Source: Epithemia pelagica
Taxonomy: Eukaryota > Protista > Bacillariophyta
Length of the DNA stretch: 64,000 nt
Direction of reading: 5' to 3'
Assembly (NCBI GenBank): GCA_946965045.2
Contig: OX337232.1
Coordinates: 1,674,001 to 1,738,000 of the forward strand
How positions within the stretch are numbered: position 1 is the stretch's first letter; each line of letters starts with the position of its first letter. The notes beneath the pieces are model-generated. The model made no database searches, had not been told where the DNA came from, and was given only the letters and a program-made list of their open reading frames with translations. A program made the position numbers and the translations under genes. Of this stretch, positions 12,673 through 24,228 are shown piece after piece.

Positions 12673-12894
12673 ACCACATGTATATGATCACATACTTCCG
12701 GCGTTTACTAGCTCGCATGGGAAATCTTTGTTGAGAATAATCAAAGACAGACTAGGAATGCTCATATGTACTATATCATCGAACGTAAAATTCATCTTAA
12801 CATTGCCGAAGCGTCGCTCGTATCATGTAAGCCACCCGACTGCATCAAATCCGTCACCAAATCCTCTTCCACGTGAAGCACTCAACAGAACGAA

Positions 12895-13974
12895 TTAATC
12901 CCCGTCGGAAAAGCAATGCAGACGATGGGTTTGCTGGCCTGAAGATGGACAGCAAAATGGGCTACATGCGACTTTTCTGCAGTTCAACGTCCAGACAACG
13001 GGCGCTGACTCACATATACCTTCTTGTACACAAGAGGCGCAGAATTCTGCAGGCCATGTACCCGAAAAATCATTTCCATGGGTGAGCAACGTATCCAATT
13101 TACCGTTGCTTCTGATAGATCCTGCAATTTCACCCGTCAGGCGATTTCGTTGAACGTGGAGAGCATCCAAGTTTGGCATGTTGGCGAAAATGGTTGGATC
13201 AAGCTGACCAGTTAATTCGTTCCTTCCAAGATTTAGGATATGGCAAGACTCCAAGAGAGCAATCGCAGCAGGGATAGGACCCTTAAGATTGTTGTCGTGC
13301 AAGTCGAGCTCAACCACCTCGTGGTCTGTTTTGTCTATGCATTGGTGGGGATCCAGATGGGGAGAAAAGGAGCTGCAACAACTGACCCCGATCCAGTTGC
13401 AAATGGAATCTTCACCTCCCCAACCGTTACTTAAGACCCAGCCATCACCTCCATTTGTGTAAAACACTGCCATAAGAGCAAACCGTTCAACGATTTCTCT
13501 TTTAGCAAAGTACTGATCACTTTGAACGACCCATGAGGCAGCACGGGTTATCGGATCTTCACTGCTATCATCCGCTACACCAATAAAGTCACTTGCCTCT
13601 CGGGAAATTTGTCCCTCCAAGTAGACCTTTGCCGCTTCATTCTCCCCCAACGCCTCAACCAGTACGTCCAGTCGAGCTTGTGGGTCACTTATCATTTCCA
13701 CAGGTGCTGGTGACAGCGATGCAGTTGGAGCTGGCGCTGGAATGGAATCATCGTCGTCATCGTCCTTCACAACTACCAGCATGATAACAATAATTGTGAC
13801 CCCAACAATGAGAACACCAAGGGCCAACAGAAAATAGAAACAGTCGCCACCATCATCATCTGATTTTCGAGGAGCTTCTTCATCGTTTGATGCTGGTTGT
13901 TCTGCATCCCTTCTACGGCCTTGGGCGTGATTAGCCCCTCCAAATTCTTGTGGTTCATCCTGCGGTTCTTCCAT
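12895..13974 (-). CDS. Type II membrane LRR protein, paralogue of 6723-8310
   Basis: TM FYFLLALGVLIVGVTIIV, RFALMAVFYTNGGDGW, WIGVSC, LDLHDNNLKG, Cys-rich tail. Likely ATG at 13974. Confidence 0.85.
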   Translation of the reverse strand: MEEPQDEPQEFGGANHAQGRRRDAEQPASNDEEAPRKSDDDGGDCFYFLLALGVLIVGVTIIVIMLVVVKDDDDDDSIPAPAPTASLSPAPVEMISDPQARLDVLVEALGENEAAKVYLEGQISREASDFIGVADDSSEDPITRAASWVVQSDQYFAKREIVERFALMAVFYTNGGDGWVLSNGWGGEDSICNWIGVSCCSSFSPHLDPHQCIDKTDHEVVELDLHDNNLKGPIPAAIALLESCHILNLGRNELTGQLDPTIFANMPNLDALHVQRNRLTGEIAGSIRSNGKLDTLLTHGNDFSGTWPAEFCASCVQEGICESAPVVWTLNCRKVACSPFCCPSSGQQTHRLHCFSDGD

Positions 13975-14313
13975 GTCCAGCCGAAACTCCAAAGTCTTTC
14001 TGATCAGGTAACTGTTAACTGTACGATATCGAATTTGCACTGTGTTCACAGCAACAATATTGATTCTTCGGAGGTAGTGGGGATCCTTGTCCGAACTCCC
14101 AACAATAACAATCGTCGATCTCTCTTGCAATTTGCAATGGGTGTGAACAAGCAGATAATATCTATAGGGCGTGCCGCCTACATGTCTTGTTCTTGTGTCT
14201 TGTTTCTCCCGTGATCGGGCCCAATGCCCAGTCCCAAGTCTTCACGGACCCCGGGCCCCGCCCGGGGGGCTTGCCATTCTACTGACCATTACAGACAAGA
14301 ACGAACCAATTCG

Positions 14314-14364
14314 AAATTGAAACCGCCAAGGCGGTATAGGACGGCTGAGTTCAGTATCCGTCGT
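14314..14364 (-). mobile_element. Helitron2/Helentron-type 3' terminus (copy X)
   Basis: 14314-14357 matches 46557-46600 at 43/44 nt. On the minus strand it reads ATACTGAACTCAGCCG, then hairpin ACCGCC-TT-GGCGGT, then TTCAATTT. Confidence 0.8.
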
Positions 14365-14965
14365 ACTCAGGAGCCACATACCCCCAAGCATGTAAGTGAG
14401 TCACGCGTGATCGCATGCACTGCGGGGCCCATTCTATCGACGCGCGAAAGCGCGATTTTGGTGCTCATGCTCACCAAAATTCCTTCCAAATCGCATCGCG
14501 CTTTCACGCAGGCCATTCTATCAAAACGCGATTTTGCGATTGCGCTCATTATACGCATGTGCGACCGGACCCGAAAATCGAAAGATAGCACGAGTAGCTT
14601 TTGCCCTAGTTACCCCTAGATAGTTTTTACAAACCATAGCTTTTGTTTATGCCATTGTCGCATTTACGCAAGATGAGGAACAAACCTTGCAAACAAGCAA
14701 CACCTCGAACATGGATCCATATCGAATGACAATGGGTGTACTAAAGAAGGCTACTTGGGCCACGGATTGGGTTCGTGTGACCTTGGAAAGACAAAGGCCT
14801 TCAAGGTCACGACAATGGTCATGCCTGTACATTTGCGAATATCGTGTTCATCGGCACTAATACCACTGTAAATCAACCCATATCCCACCTGGTATTATAC
14901 AGATACCACCAATCCCACAGCAGCACACATGTGTGCACAACGACAGTATGAGAAAACACATGGAA

Positions 14966-15460
14966 TCATGGATACAACACAAACATGACAACCACCTCTT
15001 GGCAAATGTCCCTAGTGTCTTGTGCGTGTGTGTGCACGTACCGTACTAAAGGTGGTCCAACTCGAAACAAAGGCATCAACACAAAGGCATCGGTAAAGTA
15101 ATCTGCTTCATAAAAGTCCACGCCAGCCAAGCACTTGGGATGATGATGTCCCAATCCGTTCATTACTGCGGCAAAGAGCAAGGTCGAGACCAAGAATCCG
15201 ACGGCGGCACTCAAAAAACGGCAGCAAAACTGGACCGGAAAGACCAATGCAAATAATGAACCACCCAGGAATGCAAGGTAATACCCAACCATGAACATGC
15301 ACCCCCGCCATAATGCAAATCCGTCGGACTGTGCGACAGTCAAGATAAGGATGACTTTTTCTTGCGAATGGTATCGGGTCGACGAGTACGCCGCCATTGC
15401 AAGGACGACGATGATCGACCAAACCCACACCATCCCAATCCACACGAGGAATTCCAACAT
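14966..15460 (-). CDS. Hypothetical multi-TM protein, possibly a cargo fragment
   Basis: 164-aa hydrophobic ORF with ATG start; no recognised motif. Confidence 0.35.
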   Translation of the reverse strand: MLEFLVWIGMVWVWSIIVVLAMAAYSSTRYHSQEKVILILTVAQSDGFALWRGCMFMVGYYLAFLGGSLFALVFPVQFCCRFLSAAVGFLVSTLLFAAVMNGLGHHHPKCLAGVDFYEADYFTDAFVLMPLFRVGPPLVRYVHTHAQDTRDICQEVVVMFVLYP

Positions 15461-16057
15461 CGTGTGTCGGGTCTGTGTTCGAATTCGATGCCAGCAATCT
15501 CAATCTTTTGAATGGCGGTGTTCCGGTTCCGGTTCCGTTCCCTGATGGTACAAATTGCTTCTACATCGCCGCGAACGTACAACCAAGTCCTGAAGAACCG
15601 CGGCCCAAATTCTTTCTCGTCTTTATTGGGATTGCGATTTTGTTGCTGCTTGTTGGATTGGTGGTCGGAAAATTGGACCTTCGGCGTACCTTGACGGCTG
15701 TTCCAGAAGAAACGAACCACAACAACAAGTGCTTTCTCCTCACGTCTCAGCAAGGAGGCCAATCACACGTGCCAAACAAGGGCGCTTCTTTGACACAAGC
15801 GGATCAAACCTTGGAAGACCTTGTTGCTCGTATGGAGACCGGCCAAACGTTCTCGACCGATATACTCCGGTCTCTCTACACGTCATTGTTGTCCGGCCTT
15901 GTGGATGATTCAGCAAGTCAAGACGGACTGGATATGGATTCAATGGTCCAAGATGCGATTGAATTTATTGATACCAACAAGGATGGTTCCATTGATACTT
16001 GGGAGATGGAGCATATTCAGCTCCCAGCCGGAAAATCAGGAAAGTTTTTGTTCGACA

Positions 16058-16823
16058 TGTTAGGATTCTCACCTTTAACTAGGTGGTGGTGGAATCTACA
16101 ACACATCGACTGATGCTAGTATTTTATGGCATCCGATGACATTTGTGTAAAAGTGAGAAAAGAATGACGGCATGCTCGCGGACCTTTAATTTTGGCCAAG
16201 GCATGCTCGCAATGCACGCGCTATCGGCGACCGCTCGGATATTGACTATGGCCCATCACGTGCGCGCCCAATATTCTCAAGCGCGCGCAATCAAGATCCG
16301 AGTGAGCACCTCCACGACTTACCTCAACGACCTAAGTAATCAAAGCACGAATCACGATCACGCGAGACCATATTTCCATTCCCACAATTCCAAGAATGCA
16401 ATCAACAACGCGCCAAGAAAACTACCTATATCACAACAAAGCAAGAGCTGTTGGCATTGGTATATGATATACAACTGCATATACTTTCAATACAACAATG
16501 CAGGTCTACTCCAACCATTTGAGGACCTATCACACCAGATCCATGGCCGTATACAAGAGCCAGGACCTCGACCTTCATCAAACACCTTAGTTAGTAATCA
16601 TCTCACAATCATTAATATCACCATTTTAACACTCATCTTAAGACTAACCTCTTATCAGTGGACCGACTGCCCCCACCCACGGCGGACTTCGACTTGCAAC
16701 TCTTCTCTGACCCGTGGAGGATTGTTGTATCGGTTGGTGATTCGATTGTCGGCTCAGCGAGCCTTTTACCTATCCTACCCAACTACCTATTACCCTTCTG
16801 AATTCTCAATGAGAGTTCTGTCA
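16058..16823 (+). repeat. 5' LTR of copia 1
   Basis: TGTTAGGATTC...GTTCTGTCA. I found only one difference from 20698-21463. Confidence 0.95.
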
Positions 16824-16843
16824 GATTAACAGTCTCAACGCTC
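16824..16843 (+). other. Primer-binding site complementary to a tRNA-Asn(GUU) D/anticodon arm
   Basis: GATTAACAGTCTCAACGCTC is the reverse complement of GAGCGTTGAGACTGTTAATC, and it starts immediately after the LTR. Confidence 0.65.
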
Positions 16844-17327
16844 ATTGCCCTGCAGTCGCATTGGAGATCATACTTACCCATCTACATTGAGTACAGATTG
16901 AGCTACACCAACAAACGAGAGTTAGAGGACAAAGCTACCCAACCCAACAACAGGGCCAGCCTGGCTAAGGCTAGGGTCATCAACCCTCTCCTATTCCAGG
17001 ACCTCAAGCTGGACCAGGACTTCGTGCAACTACCTTCCCAATACTCACCTGACCAGTACTTTGCTGAGGACTACGAGCAAGACGAGCAAGCTACCATTAT
17101 TCCTGACTCCCTGGTTCAACTCGATCACCGCAACGAGTCCGGAAGTGACCAAGGATAAGTATCTTTAAGTGGTTTCCACAACAAACCAGAGACAAAACCG
17201 AGTTCCGCACATCCGGGTTCCCAGCACAACACACATCCGGGTACTTACATACGTGGCACACACGTGGTACATCCGGGTTCAGATCACACCACACATTAAA
17301 TAAACAACGAACCAACCATATACTACC

Positions 17328-20300
17328 ATGGATCCAACATACCCCAAGACACCTTCTCTTCCTTCTGACGACTCAGTACCGCCTGACAAATCAGATACAC
17401 AAGTGTTCAATCACATCACCCAGCATCTATTTGAATGTGATGAGGAACGAGCTCAAGCCCTTCATCAATGGATAAAACATAGTGGTTTCGAACACATTCT
17501 GAATGTCATCGACTATCTTGCAGTCAATCCAGAAAAGAATATCAAGGACCTTGGACAATACAAGTATGGGAACAAGACGATGAACCTGAAGACGTATACA
17601 AGGCATCAAATGAAGATCCTAGCATATTGGTCACGAGAACAAACCTCAACCCTGCAGCAGTGTGATATATCCCGTTCAACCTGGTTGAACCTCACCAAGG
17701 CCGATTACGATCATTGGAGAATCAATGCAGACTTCACCAAGCTTTGCCTGAACCAAGGTTGGATTTCGTCATTTCGTTTAGCAAAAAGAGAGGTGTTACG
17801 TCTTAACAACTACATCTCCAATCTTTGTCTCGATGATTCATGGCACGGCACAACCTATCAGTTTCTTCTCCACTTTCAACACCAATTCCATCTTCTCGAC
17901 AATCTGGGATCAATGTTTGATCACATTCCTGGCCACTCCACTAGGATGACCTTCCTGATGAAAGCCGTTGAAAAGGTACCTGATTTACGACAAGTCAACA
18001 TCTTGTCTGGTGCAAAGACACTTTGTTATCAATCATATTTCCGTCTTCTCCTTGATGCCGCATATGATCATGACCAAGCAACTCGATCACCAAAGTCTAA
18101 CCAACGTAAGCATACCAAGCAACATGACTTTCAATATGATCAAGATTTTGATACCAACAATCCATCATTCAAAGAAATGCACGACAGGATTAAGAGAACT
18201 AACATGAAGACCAAGGATTCATCTTCGCTTCCAAAGATTAGTCTTCCAAGAAATCTGTGGAGTAAACTCACTGACAACAGTCGTCAAGTAATCATTGCGT
18301 ACAACAAGTCTACCCAGAATGCATCAACAATTGCATGCAAGGAACAGACGCATACTCTTGACATTGATCCAGAACCTGATCCTGACCCTGGTAGTAGTAC
18401 ACGGATTGACGACATAATTCAAGATGCTTCCAAAGACCGTCAAGACAATTTCTCTGATCTGATTACCCGGTTTGTTCCTCAAGTTGTGACCAATCTTGTT
18501 GTCAATCATCCAACATCTAATCTTGCTAATTTGGAATCCAATACCAAGACAACATCCATCCCTAATGATTGTCCCAAGAACAACAATTGTAAACAGAAAG
18601 TTCAGACATCTCGACATCTGCTCTCTCGCATGTCTACTTTCTCCGGCGACAATCACATGACTGGCTTTAATCATTGGCATCTTGATCCCATGCAAGATAC
18701 GGCACCTTCTTTGAGGACTGTTGAAAATGATGGTAATCCAAATGATGCGTTTGGGAAATATACCAATTGTGTTGTCTGTAACCCCAACCTTCTTTTGGAT
18801 TTACCTTACGATCATGGACCGGATACACCTTCCTTCTACACACCCCTCCTTGGAGAACACTTTTCCAAACCAAACCTCCAAGATCAGAATATGGCTGAGA
18901 ACCTTTATCAGACCGTTAAGAGGGCAACATACGTCGTGACCGTTTTGGGCCATATCCCTCTTGAGATCCTCAATGGTCGCCCACCCGGCATTACCCACCC
19001 TCTTTTCTTCCTTATCTCGGACAAGGCCCCCTACTTTACCGAATCATATGCCCTCTCCCACCGTCCCTACCGTCCCTACCCTCCCTCTTTTGTCACGACA
19101 CTTGGCTACTGGCTTGTTTTTGCCCCTCCTATTGGTGATACTTTGTCTCTGGACACTCAAACCCTTTGTTACTCTGCCATTCTTCATGATGCACCCACGC
19201 CACCCAGAACCTTTGTGTGGATACCTCTTCAGGGGAGAAATCGCTTCCAAGTGAACCCAACGGCAAGCAAGCTGACATTGTTCTCATTTCTAGCAAAGGT
19301 GAAGATCCATCCACGCAAATTCCAACGATCAAACATGATGACACTATTGGACAACCTTTCCTTGTTTATGATCCAGAGGAAAATGGGGAGCAACGACAAC
19401 CGTATAATGGGGAGCAACCACAACCGTGTCTTATAAGATGCGTCATTGATTTAGAACAAGATGCTCTCAAGCAAGAAGACTGTATCAAGTACACTTTCTG
19501 CAAATCCATTTCCGACATTGACAAGATAATTTCATACCGTCAACATATGGAATACATCAAACAGGACAACCAAGCACAGGAAACTGAAGATGACGTTTTT
19601 CAGTTCAGGGACGTTGTTGCAGATCAAGAACCGTCAAGTATTAGCAACAATCCTGACTACAAAAGAAGTCACTGTAATATACTTGTTGATTGGGAGACTG
19701 GGGAGATGGTCTATGAGCCTCCGTCACTCATGGTAAATGATGCCTATGCCAAGAAACATGACCTATTAAATGAACTTGGATGGAAACATCTCAAGCGTTT
19801 TGTCAAGACCAGTAAATGCCTTGTTCAAGCTGCCAAACAGCAGTCAAGAATCAAGCAAGTCTGTCGTTCCATCAAGTACAAGTTTGGTTATCAAGTTTCA
19901 ATGACAAATGAAGAATTAGTTGTTTTGTTAGACAAGCAACATGGTAAAAGAAAGTGGCACGACACTACTGAAGTTGAGCTCTTTCAGGCTTCACAGATCC
20001 AATCCCTCACAAAAGTCAAGGATTGCGTTCAAGCTCAGTTCAAGAGAAGGGAAATGATAAATGCATCACCAGAAGAGTATCACAAGAACAAGATTCAAAT
20101 CCATCTTGTAAAACATGATGATAGTTGCCCAGCACTTCTCATCACAGACGAGGTTGAGGCAATCTTTTTGTGTACTACTTCCATTCACAACTTTCATACA
20201 ACCACCTGTCTTGGGATTCTCAATGATATGGATATATGGGGAGCAAAAGTTGGAAATGCACACGACCTGGAAGCTTTATCTGGAGAGAAGATCTTGATAG

Positions 20301-20697
20301 TTGCAAGACAAGAACTCAAGGAATCAGGTCACATCTTGATTACGCACAAGGCCTCAAAGGGATTAAAATCTTCAGGAGCATGTCGGCGTGACTGTTTCTT
20401 TGACATCCCACTTGATATGGATTTGTCACCAACTAAAGCAGATCCCAATGTTTGGATGAAGAAGGCACCTGGGGAGCATAGCTCAAAGGGCACCGACAAG
20501 ACCTACCAACTGAAGAATGATGAACTGATTACTTATTGCCTGAGATATCCCTATGAGAGCGTCCGGGATACATTGTCAGTAAGCATTGGAAATTCTCGAA
20601 AGTATGGACCACGTTCAAGATCATATTCTTCTGGGGAGGAAACGTTCAGAAGCATGACAAGGAAAATAACAATCCTCACTCGACAAATTGTGGGGAG
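17328..20697 (+). pseudogene. Deleted gag-pol remnant (overlapping ORFs 17328-19436 and 19217-20722)
   Basis: Keeps Gag blocks (RMTFLMKAVEKVPDLR, CYQSYFRLLLDAAYDHDQAT) and partial pol (VDWETGE, KYKFGYQV, GLKSSGA). The protease DRGANGG, integrase core, RT YVDD and RNase H are absent. Confidence 0.85.
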
Positions 20698-21463
20698 TGT
20701 TAGGATTCTCACCTTTAACTAGGTGGTGGTGGAATCTACAACACATCGACTGATGCTAGTATTTTATGGCATCCGATGACATTTGTGTAAAAGTGAGAAA
20801 AGAATGACGGCATGCTCGCGGACCTTTAATTTTGGCCAAGGCATGCTCGCAATGCACGCGCTATCGGCGACCGCTCGGATATTGACTATGGCCCATCACG
20901 TGCGCGCCCAATATTCTCAAGCGCGCGCAATCAAGATCCGAGTGAGCACCTCCACGACTTACCTCAACGACCTAAGTAATCAAAGCACGAATCACAATCA
21001 CGCGAGACCATATTTCCATTCCCACAATTCCAAGAATGCAATCAACAACGCGCCAAGAAAACTACCTATATCACAACAAAGCAAGAGCTGTTGGCATTGG
21101 TATATGATATACAACTGCATATACTTTCAATACAACAATGCAGGTCTACTCCAACCATTTGAGGACCTATCACACCAGATCCATGGCCGTATACAAGAGC
21201 CAGGACCTCGACCTTCATCAAACACCTTAGTTAGTAATCATCTCACAATCATTAATATCACCATTTTAACACTCATCTTAAGACTAACCTCTTATCAGTG
21301 GACCGACTGCCCCCACCCACGGCGGACTTCGACTTGCAACTCTTCTCTGACCCGTGGAGGATTGTTGTATCGGTTGGTGATTCGATTGTCGGCTCAGCGA
21401 GCCTTTTACCTATCCTACCCAACTACCTATTACCCTTCTGAATTCTCAATGAGAGTTCTGTCA
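20698..21463 (+). repeat. 3' LTR of copia 1
   Basis: Follows the PPT and is followed by TSD CGACA. Confidence 0.95.
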
Positions 21464-23445
21464 CGACAATGTAGTGGCCTGCACCGGTGTTGCAACTGGC
21501 GCCGAGGGCAGTGAAGCCGCTCTGGATGATCTCTGTATCACGGCGGACAATGTGGTGGATTTTGTCAACTTGTTTTTTGGTGGTTCTTCGGTAGTCAGTC
21601 CCGAATTGGCCCAACACATTCAAGAGGAGAGTGGAGCCGATACTTGTTTTACACGGACGGAATTTGAGAACTTGTTCCAGTCATCCTTGTCTGCCAACAA
21701 CAACCAGACCTCCTTATTGTCGGGTGCGAGTGTGACACTGTCCATGAATCCGTTCTCACTGGTGTTTGGGATTGGAATGGCCATGATGGTGTTTGGTCTC
21801 TCCTAAGTGCTAGGTCAGCCACAGTCGAAGGATCTACTATGTTGAATCTAATTCAGAAGTAACCATGTTTTTGTTTGTCTTCATGTTCCTGCCGTACAAG
21901 TATTTTGAAAAAGTTGAGTATAGGTTTCCTTGTTGATGGATAAGAGGGTAATACCTTACATTCCAGCAATGTCCAAGTACGTCCTCGGCCTCATCCAATC
22001 TGCCCATGAATGCCTTCAAACACAAATAGTCACTATCATTGGCAAAAATCACAACATGATATTCATCGCTTTGAATGCCGGCACTACCATTGTCGTAGAC
22101 AGGGAGATGAAGGACTCGCCTCTACTAGATAGAGAGGTATTAGTGGTAGTGGATGAGCCCACATGAACTAGAGATTATGTGATGTTTGCAAAATTTCCCT
22201 GCTTTGAATGCGACATCATTACTCTAGTTCATAGCAAGGGAACCATGAATGGTTGGACTGGTTCCAAACTACTAAGCTCGCCAGAACTTATCTATCCCGC
22301 AAACATCCAAACGAGGGCGAAATCCTACGATTACTATTGATGAGGAAAGGGTAGCTCGAGATGCACCTTGCATTCGCTCGTGTCCCCATGACGATTCCAC
22401 TTCCACCGAATACGCGTGGAGTGGAGTCGCTACCAGTAGTCGCTAGACGATAGCGAATGGTAGCGATGTTTTTGCCCCGCACTTTTCTGTTCCCCAACCA
22501 AAACCACAAGAGAGAGGGATATCTACGCATTATCGCCGCCAAATTATGGGGGAATGAGAGAGAGAACATGGTCAGCATGATGGCGGCCAATGATTGATTT
22601 AGGATTGTTTTGCCATGGGCCAACCATGAAGAAACAACCACAAGGTCCTGCTGAGGAGGGTCGTTGACCATACGAACCGACCTCATATACTCCTCATCAT
22701 TTTGGATCATTGTTGCTAAAAGAAAAAGAAGGAGAATGATCGAGGCTCGTCTTGTCCTTTTTGCCATACCACCACATCTTGTTGTGATGCGGGTTCTTGT
22801 TTCACCACCACCTCTTAGGGTGACGCTGCAGCAACTGGTTCGGCTCGGTTTGGTTCACCACCATTCTTCGATTACGGGACGAGTAGTACTCTGGAAAGGA
22901 CCAGGTCAGGTCTGTGGAGTCCTTTCCTTGTGGTTTTTTGGCAACTCGTGGAGGATTCGCATCAAGGCTTTTTTGTTTTGGGCCGTGGTACCCGTTTGTT
23001 GCAAGCGATCCAACACAATGTTGCGCAGATTGCTGGACAAGGCTCGATCCAAGGCTTGCACGTGCAATTGTTCGACACCAAAGGTTTGAAACCACCAGGA
23101 CCAACCCAAGGGAGGATCATGGTTTGTACGAGTGTCTGTTTTGTGATTGTAGTACTTATTTGAATGGCAATTGCCTCGTCGTTTCCCACCCATGGCAGTA
23201 ATACTCCTCACCCACGATGACGACGCCAGTGTCACGGCCCGCACGACAGCCACCTGTGTCGCCGCACCAGTCGGTGCTTGCAGGCGAGACCAACATTGAA
23301 ACTGCACAAATTCACAGGGTGGCAATTGTCGCACCACTTGCGAGCGAGAAAGAAGAGTCGCTTTTGTACTGACATGGCTGCTATGGCTGATAGGAGGATT
23401 CTCGGACGAAAAGGACCAGGACAATGATCCTGTTACGGCATCCGT

Positions 23446-24228
23446 TGTTACAATTCTTTTTGAATCGTAGGGACATTGATGCTCGGTAGAGCAGACAATC
23501 AGGTAGGTCACCAACCGATACAAGCTTCTCAGGGTCAGAGAAGCAAGCAAGTCGAAGTCTATCAGAAGGATAGTCGGGACACAAAAGAAGATGTGATAAA
23601 TGGTGATATTGTTAGATTGTGTGTTGATTACTACAATAGGTCTACGTGAAATGTTCGGTCCTGCCAAGGGTCATGTATCATAGGTTCTTGGCGGCAACAG
23701 GTTTGGAATAGTTGGAGTCAATTCATGTGATGTATATGACATGTATATGTGGACGGATAACATATACAGGGTCAACAGCTCTTGCTTTGGGTTGGCATAG
23801 TTGTTTTCATGGCGCGCAGCTTGTTGACAATTTGGAGATTGTGGGAATGGAAATATGGTCTCGCGTGATCGTGTGTCGTGCTTGGGATACTTAGACCGTT
23901 GGGTCGGATAGATGCCGACAGCGCTCGGATGTTGCTTGGGCGCGCTCGATGATTTCGGGCGCGTACGCTTAGGGCGTTAGTATAATGTCCGAGCAACGGC
24001 CAAATTTACGTCCGTTGTAATACCGCACGACCCAGTTTAGTCTTGAGAGTGAGTTCGTCAATCTATTCTCACTTTTCATGATTTGCGAAGAAATATAGGT
24101 CGATATAGCGCGAAGCTAGGGAACATAGCTCGAAGCTAAATGGCATGATGCGATAGCACGAGGCTATGTGACATGGGGAATCGATGAGATGTAGAATCTA
24201 ACCACCATAGACGGTGAGAATTCTAACA
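23446..24228 (-). repeat. 3' LTR of copia 2
   Basis: Near-identical to 31047-31829; I found two differences. Confidence 0.95.

Larger units (their letters stand above)
16058..21463 (+). mobile_element. Ty1/copia (CoDi-like) LTR retrotransposon, internally deleted and non-autonomous
   Basis: 766-bp TG...CA LTRs, 5-bp TSD CGACA on both sides, PBS at 16824, PPT GGGGAG at 20692-20697, and gag/pol remnants homologous to the element at 23446-31829. Confidence 0.95.
15475..21806 (+). pseudogene. EF-hand membrane protein gene split by a copia insertion (15475-16057 + 21469-21806)
   Basis: EF-hand DTNKDGSIDTWE. Removing the element and one CGACA TSD restores the frame KFLFD/NVVACTGVATG. Hydrophobic C-terminal tail; no clear ATG start. 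Confidence 0.75.

Noticed and set aside
16143-16829. 228-aa and 243-aa ORFs (also 20783-21514) and the duplicated short ORFs at 23381-23996 and 31000-31597
   Set aside because: They lie within LTRs, start at TTG or lack motifs, and are duplicated only because the LTRs are.
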